A stretch of 64,000 nt of DNA, taken from NCBI GenBank assembly GCA_010093815.1, contig ML996571.1; one strand, given 5' to 3'. This DNA is from Pseudovirgaria hyperparasitica. Its lineage: Eukaryota. Below are positions 63,197 through 64,000 of this stretch, one piece after another. The notes beneath the pieces were generated by a model. That model saw nothing but the letters and a program-made list of their open reading frames with translations. It was not told where the DNA came from and ran no database searches. Positions within the stretch are counted from its first letter, which is position 1. Every line of letters starts with the position of its first letter. The position numbers and the translations under genes were made by a program.

Positions 63197-63830
63197 ACTG
63201 AGGGATTGACGGTATAGCGAGGAGCGCGAGCTCTTGCGTCCAAGATGCGAGGTGTAGGCAGAGGTAGGTTTGCGGGGGCGCATTTGGTATCATCCGCCAG
63301 CTCGGGAGCTCGAAAAGCCCCACATGCTCGGGATCATTGATAGGAGACAGAGTAAATCTACTTCAAGCAGAGTGAAAGATTGTGATAATCTGCACGCAAT
63401 AGCGCTGGCTGATAAAGATTCGTCAAGAACTGTTCAATGTCATAACATGGTCCTGAAAGTGTGCCATCCACGAGAACCGGGCAATCGGCTCTTGGATTAC
63501 AAGGATCTGCTGCTTAAAGACTGTAATATTGCACAAAAATGACTTTCTCAGTTGCTAGTTCTGCCTCTACATCGTTTTGCGTTAGAAATTTTTGGAGTAT
63601 CGGCTGCTGGTTGCGCAAAACCAGTTCATTGAGAAGCGCAGGATTCCTTCCCATGGGTGTCAATGTATCGTGATTGTACCTGACTTCTTCAATTAGAATA
63701 CACCTCCGCAAACGCAATTGTATGCGATTGATGTCTTTTCATACATCTATCCTAACGCCTTTCGCCGCCCGTGCTTTTCAAAACTCCAATGCGTGATGGT
63801 ACATCTTCCTTCGAATCTCTAACGTATTGA

Positions 63831-64000
63831 CTACTCGCGCTTGAAAGGTGGCCCAGGAGGACCACCAAATTGACCTCCAGGCGGCGTCGGCCCGCCGTGA
63901 GGAGGCATACCGAATGGCATGCCACCAGGTGGTGCGCCTGGGGATTGACTCATGCCAGGTCCTCCGGGTCCCATGTTTGGAGGGAAGAAGGCTGGCGGCG
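63831..64000 (-). CDS. 3' end of a gene with Pro/Gly/Met-rich C-terminal tail (snRNP U1-C/SmB-like tail possible)
   Basis: PPAFFPPNMGPGGPGMSQSPGAPPGGMPFGMPPHGG..PPFKRE*; rest lies outside the window. Confidence 0.6.
   Translation of the reverse strand, partial: PPAFFPPNMGPGGPGMSQSPGAPPGGMPFGMPPHGGPTPPGGQFGGPPGPPFKRE

Overview
Eukaryotic DNA from a filamentous ascomycete (Pezizomycotina). Short GT-AG introns (about 47-90 nt) with CTRAC-type branch points are present throughout, so the ORF track fragments most genes; exons were stitched by hand. About 30 protein-coding genes are supported. Conserved housekeeping genes include a Zn-alcohol dehydrogenase, RRP4, GPI8, an OPT/YSL transporter, a class II aldolase, a histidine phosphatase, Fta4, CCDC97-like, TMEM234-like and a PhyH dioxygenase. 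Plant-carbohydrate genes are a GH78 rhamnosidase, a CDT-2-like cellodextrin transporter, a maltose permease and an AA9 LPMO with CBM1. Two accessory-looking blocks occur: about 25.7-38.4 kb (F-box/ankyrin, GPI protein, a hidden 3-exon secreted protein, a divergent POT transporter) and about 45-57.6 kb (DUF7053-like, HET-NACHT-ankyrin NLR, catechol O-methyltransferase, bacterial-like NmrA, DUF3176, a gene relic). No tRNA, rRNA, CRISPR or intact transposon was recognised. The most notable observations are a cysteine-free thioredoxin-fold protein, a POT transporter lacking both the ExxER motif and its partner Lys, an NTF2-like secreted protein only partly visible in the ORF track, an obligatory 5-nt micro-exon, a degenerate ADP-ribosyltransferase-like domain, and repeated sharp C/A-to-G/T strand-skew switches that ignore gene boundaries. 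All family assignments come from motif recognition by eye, not database searches.
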